A DNA stretch of 64,000 bases, taken from NCBI GenBank assembly GCA_025060635.1, contig JANXBN010000001.1:565284-629283 (forward strand), given 5' to 3'. The notes beneath the pieces were generated by a model. That model saw only the letters and a list, made by a program, of their open reading frames with translations. It did not search any database and was not told where the DNA came from. The stretch's first letter is position 1, and each line of letters starts with the position of its first letter. Both the position numbers and the translations under genes were made by a program. Source of the DNA: Candidatus Kryptonium sp. Its GTDB lineage: Bacteria > Bacteroidota > Ignavibacteria > Kryptoniales > Kryptoniaceae. Positions 31,435 to 40,338 of the stretch are shown here, piece by piece.

Positions 31435-31865
31435 AGAAATTTCGTTTCAAGTCCGATATCGCAAGCTTCCCATCCAATATTTCATCTTTGAAAAAGTTTG
31501 AAAAATTTCTTGAGAGATTGAAGAAAAAACATAAAATTTCTGATGAAGATTTTTATAGAATTTCTCTCGCTTCAAGTGAGGCTTTTATAAATGCAATTGT
31601 CCACGGTAATAAGCTTGATTCTTCCAAAAAGGTAACCGTTAAGTTCAGAGCTTTTAAAAAAAGTTTTGAAATTGAAATTCAAGATGAGGGCGAGGGATTT
31701 AAAACTACCATTTTTTTAGATCCAACATCAGCGGAGAATTTGCTTAAAGAGTCCGGCCGTGGAATTTATATCATGAAATCTTTTTCTGATGCTGTAAAAT
31801 TTTACAAAACTAAAAAGGGTTTCAAAGTAAAAATAAAAATAAAAAAGCGATCGGGCGTCCCTTGA
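31431..31865 (+). CDS. rsbW: Anti-sigma factor / Ser kinase (RsbW/SpoIIAB-like)
   Basis: SEAFINAIVHGN, IQDEGEGF, ESGRGIYIM. Confidence 0.85.
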   Translation: MKKFRFKSDIASFPSNISSLKKFEKFLERLKKKHKISDEDFYRISLASSEAFINAIVHGNKLDSSKKVTVKFRAFKKSFEIEIQDEGEGFKTTIFLDPTSAENLLKESGRGIYIMKSFSDAVKFYKTKKGFKVKIKIKKRSGVP

Positions 31866-31882
31866 GGGATCGCCCAATCGCC
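31841..31882 (-). terminator. Strong intrinsic terminator (16-bp stem, one bulge, U6)
   Basis: GGCGATTGGGCG-A-TCCC-TCAA-GGGA-CGCCCGATCGC-TTTTTT on the minus strand. Confidence 0.85.
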
Positions 31883-31971
31883 AACGGAGGTGCTACGGCG
31901 GGGTATCAATCTAAAGAACGACATTTCATAAAAGTGCTTGTCAAAGTGCTTATTCAGGTGCATCTCTCAAT
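31841..31971 (-). ncRNA. Candidate sigma-54-dependent small RNA (~130 nt)
   Basis: Promoter and terminator bracket a region with no plausible ORF; four GCACYT repeats; C-rich segment just before the terminator. Confidence 0.6.
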
Positions 31972-31981
31972 TAAAAACTTA

Positions 31982-31998
31982 TGCAAATACTATGCCAA
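31982..31998 (-). promoter_or_regulatory. sigma-54 (-24/-12) promoter
   Basis: Minus strand TTGGCATAGTATTTGCA = GG-N10-GC, matching TGGCAC-N5-TTGCA. Confidence 0.75.
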
Positions 31999-32096
31999 AT
32001 CAAATTTGCCGTGTTTGTTAAAATTTCAATAAATTTTTAGCGAATTTTTATAAGTTAAAAGTCATAATTTTGGACAAAAAGTGACAAATTTGACCA

Positions 32097-33734
32097 ATGA
32101 TCACAAACTATCATACTTTAAAAAACCTGGTTAAGGAAATAAAGTCAAGAATTGAAGGCACAACCATAAATGAATCCTTTACTCAAGAAAAAGATACACT
32201 TCACATAAATCTTGAGGGGGAGAATGCTTTTACACTTGAATTAAATGCGACGGGGCAAGGGTATATGTTTTTGCGTCCGAAGCTAGAAAGGGCAAGAAAA
32301 AATTCGCTTGATATCTTTCCGGAAATCCAAGGGGATAAAATAGTTAAAATTGAAATTCATAAAGCGGATAGAATTATTGAAGTCCTTCTTTCATCAAAGC
32401 ATAAACTTCTTTTCCAGTTTTTCACTGGCAAAGTTAATTTCTTTCTTACAACGATTGAAAACGAGATCATAGCTTCATTTAAAAATCCGAAGGAAAACAT
32501 CGGGAGAAAATTTGAATTTGAAAAGGTTGAAACAAACTATGATGTAATGATAAATAATTTTGAGGTATTTAAAAGTTTTTGGGAGAGTTCAAATGTTGAC
32601 GAGCCGATATCACGACTTATTAAAATTGTTGATACTATTGATATGTTAATTGCTCGGGAAGTTGTTCACAGATCCGGTGATGCAAATGTTGAAAAAATTT
32701 GGCTTTGTTTGAAAGAAATTGATAAAGAGCTTAACAATCCAAAGCCACGAATTTATTACGATGGTGTTTTCCCGAGACATTTCTCAATTATTGAACTTAC
32801 ACATCTGAACTTTAAGAAAGTTGAGTTTGCCGAAATAAATGAGGCTATAAGAAGATTTGTAATTGAGACGAGAATAAACAGGGATTTCTACAACGAGAAA
32901 AAATCAATTTTGGAAAAACTTAAACACTTGCTTGATAAAACTATTAGAACCATTGAGAAAGTTGAAAAGGAAATCAACGAAAATCAAAGAGCTCGGATGT
33001 ATGAGATTTACGGCTCAATTTTGATGGCTAATTTAAATGCATTACACAAAGGTATGAGTGAAGTTGAACTTTTGAATGTGTTTTCGGAAAAAAATGAAAA
33101 AGTAAGGATTAAACTTGATCCATCGCTTTCACCTGTTGAAAATGCCGAGAGATATTTTGAAAAGGCAAAGAAAACAAAGGCATCATTGAAAATTGCGGAG
33201 GAGCGATTGGAAAGATTGAAAGTTAACAAGGAGAAACTAAACAGTTTGATTCAGAAAGTTGATAAGTGTGAAAATCATAATGATTTGAAAAAATTTAAGG
33301 ATGAAAACTTTCAAGATTTGAAAGCATTTGGAATCATAAAAGACAAGGTTGCTGAAAAAATCGGAAGCAAATTTAGAAGATTTGTCGTTGATGGCGGGTT
33401 TGAGGTTTGGGTTGGGAAAGATGCTAAAAGTAATGATTTGCTAACTTTGAAATTTTCTGATAAAGAAGATTTATGGTTTCACGCTCGTGGTGTTCGTGGG
33501 GCACATGTGGTCTTGAAAACGGGAAGAAGACAACCTAGTAAAAAGGCAATTGAACAGGCTGGGGGTATCGCAGCATATTTTAGCGAAGCGAAGACATCCT
33601 CGCTTGTCCCTGTTATCGTGACAAAGCGAAAATATGTGAGAAAGCCGAGAGGAGCACCTGAGGGAAGTGTGATAGTTGAGCGTGAGGAAGTCATAATGGT
33701 TGAACCAAAATTACCATCGGAAGAAATTGAATGA
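32097..33734 (+). CDS. rqcH: Ribosome quality control protein RqcH (NFACT/FbpA)
   Basis: I.LDP.LSP.ENAERYF.KAKK, WVGKDAKSND.LT, WFHARGVRGAHV, RKYVRKP. Confidence 0.88.
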   Translation: MITNYHTLKNLVKEIKSRIEGTTINESFTQEKDTLHINLEGENAFTLELNATGQGYMFLRPKLERARKNSLDIFPEIQGDKIVKIEIHKADRIIEVLLSSKHKLLFQFFTGKVNFFLTTIENEIIASFKNPKENIGRKFEFEKVETNYDVMINNFEVFKSFWESSNVDEPISRLIKIVDTIDMLIAREVVHRSGDANVEKIWLCLKEIDKELNNPKPRIYYDGVFPRHFSIIELTHLNFKKVEFAEINEAIRRFVIETRINRDFYNEKKSILEKLKHLLDKTIRTIEKVEKEINENQRARMYEIYGSILMANLNALHKGMSEVELLNVFSEKNEKVRIKLDPSLSPVENAERYFEKAKKTKASLKIAEERLERLKVNKEKLNSLIQKVDKCENHNDLKKFKDENFQDLKAFGIIKDKVAEKIGSKFRRFVVDGGFEVWVGKDAKSNDLLTLKFSDKEDLWFHARGVRGAHVVLKTGRRQPSKKAIEQAGGIAAYFSEAKTSSLVPVIVTKRKYVRKPRGAPEGSVIVEREEVIMVEPKLPSEEIE

Positions 33735-34318
33735 AGCACATTAAAAATAAACTTATTAACACAATGAAAAAAGAAATACCGCTTGAGAAAGCAAATCGGA
33801 TTTTAAACATTGGCGGAGTCGTTCTCGTAACAGCTAAATATGAAGAGAAGGACAATATCACGCCGATCGCTTGGAATACTCCTGTGAGTAAAGAACCGCC
33901 CCTCGTTGCTGTTGCGATTGGACCAGAGCGATTTATTTATAAGCTGATCCAGAAAAGCAAAGAATTTGCGGTTAACCTTCCAACGCTTGAAATTTTGGAA
34001 GAGGTTTATTTCTGTGGGAAAAATTCTGGAAGAGATGTGAACAAATTTGAAAAGACAGGATTAACAAGAGAAAAAGCAAAATTTATTTCAGCACCGTTGA
34101 TAAAAGAATGTATCGCAAACCTTGAATGTAAAGTTGATGGAATCTATCCAACAGGAGATCACCACTTAATAATCGGCAGAGTTTTAAGAGCGATCGTTGA
34201 AGAGGAAGTATTTGATGAATATCTGAAAGTAGATCTTAAAACAGCGAAGACGATACATCATCTCGGCGGGAGTATGTTTACGATTCCAGAGAGAATAATT
34301 GATGTGAAGAATCGCTAA
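33731..34318 (+). CDS. Flavin reductase family protein
   Basis: N.TPIAW, EFAVN.P, G..SGRDVNKF, APLIKEC.ANLEC, GDH.LIIG. Confidence 0.88.
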   Translation: MKHIKNKLINTMKKEIPLEKANRILNIGGVVLVTAKYEEKDNITPIAWNTPVSKEPPLVAVAIGPERFIYKLIQKSKEFAVNLPTLEILEEVYFCGKNSGRDVNKFEKTGLTREKAKFISAPLIKECIANLECKVDGIYPTGDHHLIIGRVLRAIVEEEVFDEYLKVDLKTAKTIHHLGGSMFTIPERIIDVKNR

Positions 34319-35241
34319 AATTTAACGGTTAAACCGATCTGGTGTAGAGAGCCAATTTTACCGAGCGATGTTAATGAGTAATCAAATTTATATTTTTGAA
34401 TTTTTATCCCGATGCCGAGCGAGAAACCAGTTAAATCAAGTGTCGGTGCTATCTTCATTTCTTGTCTTCTTTCGTTGTTATATCCAAACCTGAAATCAAA
34501 ATTTTCCGATATGTTGAATTCCCCACCGATTGTGAAGTTTTTAATTCTGTCGTAGACTTTAGGTGTTTCTTCATTTATTTTATTCAAACCGATATTCAAG
34601 CGGAGTGGAAGATGTTCAAGTTTTTTTGAAATTGCAAATTTTATCTCAAATGGAAGGTTTTCTTTAAGTGAGATATAGCTGTTTATCTGGGTCCCGATAT
34701 TGTTTAGCGTAAGCGCTATGTTAAGGTCTTGTTCTTCAATTACATACATTCCGCCGATGTCAAAAGCGATGGCAATTGAGCGAGCACCAGCGATTGATGA
34801 ATAAATTAGTTTTGAATTAATGCCATATTTAATTTTTTCATATTCTTTTGAAAATCCTGCAACAATTGCGAGTTCACCAGCTGAAAAAGAGCCTAGTTGA
34901 TTTCCGTACCGATCAGTTTGATTAAAGTTGCCGTAATTTATATAGATTAAGCCAAAACCGATGTTTCCAAAGTTTTCAAGTTTTGTTGTGTAAGCAGAGT
35001 AACCGAGGTTTATATCAAGTAAATGTTTAAAGAAGCCAATGCTTGCGTAGGTATTTTTGAGTGTTGATAAGCCAGCTGGGTTGTAGAAAAGTAAGTTTGG
35101 GTCATCAAGCATAGCGATGAAATTTCCGCCGATCGCAGAAGCCCTCGGGCTTATGTCAAGTCGTAAAAATTCATATGTGGAGTTTCCACCAGCGATTGAA
35201 AACGAAGACAAAAAGATTATAAGCAGAAAGACGCGTTTCAT
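34315..35241 (-). CDS. PorV/PorQ-family outer-membrane protein (type IX secretion-associated; likely start 35241)
   Basis: EFLRLDISPRASAIGG, LFYNPAGL, IAFDIG, GFSLG.G, DYSL...GKIG..HQI.L..KF. Confidence 0.75.
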   Translation of the reverse strand: MKRVFLLIIFLSSFSIAGGNSTYEFLRLDISPRASAIGGNFIAMLDDPNLLFYNPAGLSTLKNTYASIGFFKHLLDINLGYSAYTTKLENFGNIGFGLIYINYGNFNQTDRYGNQLGSFSAGELAIVAGFSKEYEKIKYGINSKLIYSSIAGARSIAIAFDIGGMYVIEEQDLNIALTLNNIGTQINSYISLKENLPFEIKFAISKKLEHLPLRLNIGLNKINEETPKVYDRIKNFTIGGEFNISENFDFRFGYNNERRQEMKIAPTLDLTGFSLGIGIKIQKYKFDYSLTSLGKIGSLHQIGLTVKF

Positions 35242-35382
35242 TTTATCATTTTTCTTTTTTCTTTCTGTGTTCAAAAATAGCAAAAATTTAGAAAAGAGCA
35301 AATTATTTTGGGCTTGTGCATTTGTATTTGAAAAATTTGTTTCAATTTATTAAATTAATAACGCCATTCGTGAAGCTCTTTT

Positions 35383-35454
35383 TGGGGCGTCGCCAAGCGG
35401 TAAGGCAGCGGTCTTTGGAGCCGCCATTCGGAGGTTCGAATCCTCCCGCCCCAG
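35383..35454 (+). tRNA. tRNA-Gln(TTG)
   Basis: TGGGGCG acceptor stem, GCGGT-CTTTGGA-GCCGC anticodon arm, GGAGG-TTCGAAT-CCTCC T arm. Confidence 0.96.
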
Positions 35455-35549
35455 CAAAAACTTTTTTGTTTATGTTTGGTTAATTTGTAAGTTTTTTTTA
35501 TCTTTGCTCTTGACTTGATGAAGCGATGGAAAAGTAATAAATAGAATGA

Positions 35550-36488
35550 ATGAGTCAGCTTAAGATTTTCTCTGGTAGGTCAAGTAGAGAGCTTGCTGAA
35601 AAAATAGCAAGTGAGATAGGAGAACCGCTTGGAAGCTGTGAGATAAGGAATTTCAGTGATGGTGAAATTTGGGTTAAGTATCTTGAAAATATCCGTGGAA
35701 ATGATGTATTTATTATCCAATCAACTTTCCCGCCATCGGATAATCTGATGGAGCTTTTAATAATGATTGACGCTGCAAAGAGGGCGTCAGCACGGAGAAT
35801 TACAGCAGTTATACCTTATTTTGGTTATGCAAGGCAAGATAGGAAAGATCAACCAAGGGTTCCGATAACATCAAAATTAGTCGCGAATTTGATAACAGTT
35901 GCAGGCGCAGATAGGATTTTAACAATGGATTTACATGCTCCGCAAATCCAAGGTTTCTTTGATATACCGTTTGATCATCTTTACTCTGCGGTTGTTTTCG
36001 TTCCAGCAATAAAAGAGATAGTCGGTGAGGAAGAATTTGTTGTGGTTTCGCCTGATATAGGTGGTGTTAAGTTTGCTCGTGGCTATGCTAAAAGATTGAA
36101 TGCGGAGCTAGTGTTAATTGATAAAAGAAGATTGCGTGCAAATGAGTCTGAAGTTGTCAATGTAGTTGGAGATGTTAAAGGGAAAACAATAGTAATAGTT
36201 GATGACATAATTGACACTGCTGGGACATTTGTTAACGCAGTTAATGCTTTGGTTGATAGGGGAGCGAAGAGAGTTTTTGGCGCGTGCACTCATCCGATTC
36301 TGTCAGGCAATGCGATTGAGAAAATTGAAAGCGCTCCAGTTGAGAAAATACTTGTAACCGATACAATTCCACTCAAAAGACAGTCACCAAAAATTGAGGT
36401 TCATTCAGTTGCACGAATTTTTGCCGAAGCTATAAAGAGAATTCATTGCAATGAATCAGTGAGTGTTTTGTTTGAAATTGAAAACTAA
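35550..36488 (+). CDS. prs: Ribose-phosphate pyrophosphokinase
   Basis: FSDGE, PYFGYARQDR, DLHAPQIQGFF, SPDIGG, VDDIIDTAGT. Confidence 0.97.
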   Translation: MSQLKIFSGRSSRELAEKIASEIGEPLGSCEIRNFSDGEIWVKYLENIRGNDVFIIQSTFPPSDNLMELLIMIDAAKRASARRITAVIPYFGYARQDRKDQPRVPITSKLVANLITVAGADRILTMDLHAPQIQGFFDIPFDHLYSAVVFVPAIKEIVGEEEFVVVSPDIGGVKFARGYAKRLNAELVLIDKRRLRANESEVVNVVGDVKGKTIVIVDDIIDTAGTFVNAVNALVDRGAKRVFGACTHPILSGNAIEKIESAPVEKILVTDTIPLKRQSPKIEVHSVARIFAEAIKRIHCNESVSVLFEIEN

Positions 36489-36506
36489 AAATTCAAAATT
36501 TAAAGC

Positions 36507-37124
36507 ATGACAGAGATAACTTTAAATGCAGAGATAAGGAAACCAGGAAAAAGTATCTCAAATCAACTTAGACGTGCTGGGAAAATACCTGGAATTTATT
36601 ATGCCCCGGGCGATGAACCATTGCCAATTGCTGTGAAAGAAACAGAACTCAAAAAGTTAATTTATACAACAGAGACACATATAATAAAACTGAAATTGGA
36701 TACCGGGAAGGAAGTTCAGTGTATTTTGAAAGATGTTGAGTTTGATCCTGTGACGGATAAGCCGATTCATTTTGACCTTTATGGGTTGAAGGCAGGTGCA
36801 AAAATAACGCTTGAGGTGCCAATTGTTTTAGTTGGTAAAGCCCCCGGGGTTGAAAAAGGTGGAATTATTGAACATCTTCTTCATACTGTTGAAATTGAGT
36901 GCTTAAGCGATGCTATCCCAGAGCATATTGAGGTTGATATAAGTAATCTTGATATCGGTGATTCAATTCATGTCCGTGATTTAAATATCCCTGGTGTTAG
37001 GATCCTTGAAAGTGAGCTCTCAGTTATTGTTGCTGTTGTTCCACCGAGAGGTGCTGAAATAGCAACTGAAGCTAAGCCAGAGGAAGCTCAACAAGTATCT
37101 CAACCTGAAAAGAAATCCGAGTAA
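36507..37124 (+). CDS. rplY: 50S ribosomal protein L25/Ctc
   Basis: LRRAGKIPGIYY, PIHFDLY, IPEHIEVDIS.L.IGDSIHV.DL. Confidence 0.95.
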   Translation: MTEITLNAEIRKPGKSISNQLRRAGKIPGIYYAPGDEPLPIAVKETELKKLIYTTETHIIKLKLDTGKEVQCILKDVEFDPVTDKPIHFDLYGLKAGAKITLEVPIVLVGKAPGVEKGGIIEHLLHTVEIECLSDAIPEHIEVDISNLDIGDSIHVRDLNIPGVRILESELSVIVAVVPPRGAEIATEAKPEEAQQVSQPEKKSE

Positions 37125-37141
37125 AAATAGTTCTTTTAAAA

Positions 37142-37729
37142 ATGATCGCCATCTTTGGGCTTGGAAATCCTGGTTTTGAATATGAGATGACAAGACATAA
37201 TGTTGGGTTCATGGTAGTTGATGAGATCGCAAAAAGACTTGATGTGAATTTTAAGCCCGGTAAGGGAGAATATCTTATAAGTTCAGGTAAATACAAAGGA
37301 AACGAATTTTTGCTCGTTAAGCCGTTAACATATATGAACAACAGCGGATTAGCTGTTAAAGATGTCGTGGAGAGATTTGGTGTTGATCTGAAAGATGTTT
37401 TCGTTATATGTGATGATTTAAACTTACCTCTTGGAGTTATAAGGATACGGCAAAAGGGTAGCGACGGTGGACATAATGGACTTTATTCAATAATTTATCA
37501 CCTGAAGACGATGGAATTTCCAAGGTTAAGATGTGGAATAGGAAATCCTGAAAAGATGAAAAACATGGTTGATTTTGTCCTTTCAAAGTTTGATGAAGAT
37601 GAGATTGAGAAGCTAAACGAGATGATTAAGCAAGCGGTTGAAGCAACATTTTGTTTTATCTCTGATGGAATTTTGACTGCGATGAACAAGTTCAATAAGA
37701 AGGTGAAATTAAAAGATAAAACTCCATGA
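37142..37729 (+). CDS. pth: Peptidyl-tRNA hydrolase
   Basis: GLGNPG..Y..TRHNVGF, KPLTYMNNSG, GGHNGL, RLRCGIG. Confidence 0.97.
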   Translation: MIAIFGLGNPGFEYEMTRHNVGFMVVDEIAKRLDVNFKPGKGEYLISSGKYKGNEFLLVKPLTYMNNSGLAVKDVVERFGVDLKDVFVICDDLNLPLGVIRIRQKGSDGGHNGLYSIIYHLKTMEFPRLRCGIGNPEKMKNMVDFVLSKFDEDEIEKLNEMIKQAVEATFCFISDGILTAMNKFNKKVKLKDKTP

Positions 37730-37794
37730 TCCAGGCGTTGTTCCTGGGTCCGAAAAATTTTTAAAAACAAAAAGACCAAATGGAGGTTAATTTA

Positions 37795-38244
37795 ATGGCG
37801 AGAAAAATCCCAAAGAATATGATGTCAAGGAGATGGTATGAGACAACATTTTTGATCAATGCCTCGCTTGATGATCCAATAATTGAACAAATTATTAAGA
37901 AGTACGAGAACTTTATAAAAGAGCACGGTGGAGAGATAATTTTGATGGAAAGATGGGGCAGAAGAAGGCTTGCTTATCCGATAAACAAGAAGAACAGTGC
38001 CTTTTATGTTTATTTTGAATACTTTGCCCCACCGACGATAGTAAGCGAGCTTGAAAGGGCGTTTCAGCTTGATGAAAACATAATGCGATATCTTACTGTT
38101 GTCGTTACGAAGAAAGCTCTAAAAGCCAAGGAACAGGAGAAAAGGCGAGGAAGAATCACGATTGAGCATCTTGGGCTTGGAGGCGTTGAATCAGTAGCAC
38201 AAATGGAAGAAGAGGAAACATTTGAAGAAGGTGAAGAAGAATAG
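37795..38244 (+). CDS. rpsF: 30S ribosomal protein S6 (start after GGAGG at 37782-37786)
   Basis: YETTF, WGRRRLAYPI, IMRYL; acidic tail. Confidence 0.95.
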   Translation: MARKIPKNMMSRRWYETTFLINASLDDPIIEQIIKKYENFIKEHGGEIILMERWGRRRLAYPINKKNSAFYVYFEYFAPPTIVSELERAFQLDENIMRYLTVVVTKKALKAKEQEKRRGRITIEHLGLGGVESVAQMEEEETFEEGEEE

Positions 38245-38300
38245 AGTTTCCTTATTTGTAAAAAATTATGTTAAAACTTAAATGGTGGAGGGAACGATCT

Positions 38301-38747
38301 ATGGCAAAAGAACTCAAAATGCCCGAGCTGAACAGCGTTGTTATAGTTGGTAATTTAACTAAAGATCCGGTGTTTCGTCAAACGACCAAAGGGACACCGG
38401 TTGTTAACTTTACGATTGCTTCAAATCGCAGATTCCGAGATAGCAAGAGGCAGTGGAAGGAAGATGTCTGTTTTGTAGGCGTTGTTGCGTGGAACAAGCT
38501 TGCTGAATCTTGCAGAGGTAGATTGAAAAAATCAAGCGCCGTTCTTGTTGAAGGTGAATTACAAAGCAGAAATTTGAAAACTGCTGATGGTAGAACCAGG
38601 ACAGTCGTTGAGATCAAGGCAAGAAGAATTCAATTTCTTGATAGGAGAGGAATGGTTTCGGGCAACAATGAAGGTCAATCCTCTTCTTCCCAGAGTCAAT
38701 CAAATAATTTGAACAAGTATCTCTCAAACGAGGGACCGAAAATTTAA
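38301..38747 (+). CDS. ssb: Single-stranded DNA-binding protein, without an acidic C-terminal tip
   Basis: N.V.IVGNLTKDP, F.IASNR, VAWNKLAE, VEGELQSR; between rpsF and rpsR. Confidence 0.88.
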   Translation: MAKELKMPELNSVVIVGNLTKDPVFRQTTKGTPVVNFTIASNRRFRDSKRQWKEDVCFVGVVAWNKLAESCRGRLKKSSAVLVEGELQSRNLKTADGRTRTVVEIKARRIQFLDRRGMVSGNNEGQSSSSQSQSNNLNKYLSNEGPKI

Positions 38748-38760
38748 CAAAAAATAAATT

Positions 38761-39021
38761 TTGAATCAGAGCATGATGGAAAATGATGAAAAAGTACTGC
38801 GTTTAAGGAAGAAAAAAATATGCCGATTTTGCGAAGCTGGAGAGATCTACATTGATTATAAAGACGAGAAGAAACTTGGGAAATTTCTAACGGAACAAGG
38901 CAAGATAATCCCACGCAGGGTTAGTGGAAATTGTGCGATGCATCAGCGTCAATTGACAAGGGCTATTAAACGAGCTAGACATCTTGCTTTGCTTCCGTTC
39001 GTTGCTGAAGCAGTGAAATAA
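38761..39021 (+). CDS. rpsR: 30S ribosomal protein S18
   Basis: CRFC, IDYKD, GKIIPRR.SG.C..HQR.L..AIKRAR.LALLPF. Confidence 0.97.
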   Translation: MNQSMMENDEKVLRLRKKKICRFCEAGEIYIDYKDEKKLGKFLTEQGKIIPRRVSGNCAMHQRQLTRAIKRARHLALLPFVAEAVK

Positions 39022-39048
39022 GAACAAAATTTAACGGAGAAGGCAAAG

Positions 39049-39519
39049 ATGAAAGTTATATTGCGTCAGGATTTTGAAAATCTTGGAAAATTTGGTGATA
39101 TTGTTGATGTAAAAGATGGTTATGCGAGAAATTTTTTGATACCGCGAAAAATAGCTCTACCTGCTACACCCGGAAATATAAAAATGATAGAAACAGAGAA
39201 AAAGCAAAAAGCGTTTAAACTTGAGAGAGAAAGAGTAACAGCTCAACAACTTGCTGAAAAGCTCGCAGGAGTTGAAATTACAATTGCTATGAGAGCTGGA
39301 GAAAATGAACGCTTATTTGGTTCCGTAACAGCGCAAGTGATTGCCAATGAACTTGAAAAACTTGGTTTTGAAATTGACAGAAGAAAAATTTTACTGGATG
39401 AGCCGATAAAGATGCTTGGCAAGTATGAGGTGCCAATAAAACTTCATCCTGATATTAGCGCTAAAGTGATGGTTAATGTTGTTAAGTTAGAGGAGGAAGA
39501 AAAAAGTAGCGAAAGTTAA
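39049..39519 (+). CDS. rplI: 50S ribosomal protein L9
   Basis: MKVIL, V.VKDGYARNFLIP, LFGSVT, PIK.LG.Y.V.IKLH. Confidence 0.97.
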   Translation: MKVILRQDFENLGKFGDIVDVKDGYARNFLIPRKIALPATPGNIKMIETEKKQKAFKLERERVTAQQLAEKLAGVEITIAMRAGENERLFGSVTAQVIANELEKLGFEIDRRKILLDEPIKMLGKYEVPIKLHPDISAKVMVNVVKLEEEEKSSES

Positions 39520-39529
39520 TTTTTAATGT

Positions 39530-39555
39530 CCCCGACTAAAGGTCGGGGTTTTTTT
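39530..39555 (+). terminator. Intrinsic terminator after rplI
   Basis: CCCCGAC-taaag-GTCGGGG-TTTTTTT. Confidence 0.88.
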
Positions 39556-39582
39556 ATCAAATTTAATGATAGAGAAAGTAAA

Positions 39583-40317
39583 ATGGAAAGCGTTGGATTT
39601 TTAACGGCGTTTTTGTTTGGTATCTTGTCATTTCTTTCGCCTTGTGTACTCCCACTTGTTCCTGGCTATATTTCTTTCATATCGGGGCTTTCATTTGAAG
39701 AATTAAGGGAACAAGGTGGCTCAAAGAAATTTTTAAGCAAAACTTTTTTAAGTTCTGTTTTTTTTGTAATTGGTTTTTCAATTGTTTTTATTGCCCTCGG
39801 GGCTTCGGCGACAGCGATTGGCAAGTTTTTATCTGATAATATGAATATAATTTCTAAAGTTGCTGGTGTTATAATTATCCTTTTTGGTCTGCATATGGTT
39901 GGGATTTTCAAGATAGGATTTTTGAACTATGAAGCAAAACTTAAAGTGCGAGGAAAACCTTTGGGGTTGCTTGGAGCTTTTCTAATTGGTTTTGCTTTTG
40001 GTTTCGGGTGGACTCCTTGCATCGGTCCGGTGCTTGCAACTATCCTTGTCCTTGCGTCACAGCAAGAGACGATCAAGCAGGGAATTATGCTTCTTACTGT
40101 GTATTCCCTTGGTCTTGGGATACCATTTATCATAACAAGCTTGAGTGTTAATTTCTTTTTCAAATGGTTTTCAAAGGTAAGGAAATATTTGAATGTCGTT
40201 GAAATAATAAGTGGGGTGATTTTGATTATACTTGGCGTTTTGATTTTCACGAATTCGCTCGGGGTGATTTCATCCTATATTATGAAAGTTTTCCCATTTT
40301 TGAGTAAATTTTCTTAA
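39583..40317 (+). CDS. ccdA: Cytochrome c biogenesis protein CcdA (start moved to 39583)
   Basis: SFLSPCVLPLVP, GWTPCIGP, YSLGLGIPF. Confidence 0.92.
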   Translation: MESVGFLTAFLFGILSFLSPCVLPLVPGYISFISGLSFEELREQGGSKKFLSKTFLSSVFFVIGFSIVFIALGASATAIGKFLSDNMNIISKVAGVIIILFGLHMVGIFKIGFLNYEAKLKVRGKPLGLLGAFLIGFAFGFGWTPCIGPVLATILVLASQQETIKQGIMLLTVYSLGLGIPFIITSLSVNFFFKWFSKVRKYLNVVEIISGVILIILGVLIFTNSLGVISSYIMKVFPFLSKFS

Positions 40318-40338
40318 AAACAAAAACCTTTTGAAAAG

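Noticed and set aside
31802-31963. 53-aa minus-strand ORF MHLNKHFDKHFYE... inside the candidate sRNA
   Set aside because: About 8-nt leader with no usable SD; the frame runs through the strong terminator and stops beyond it, antisense to rsbW.
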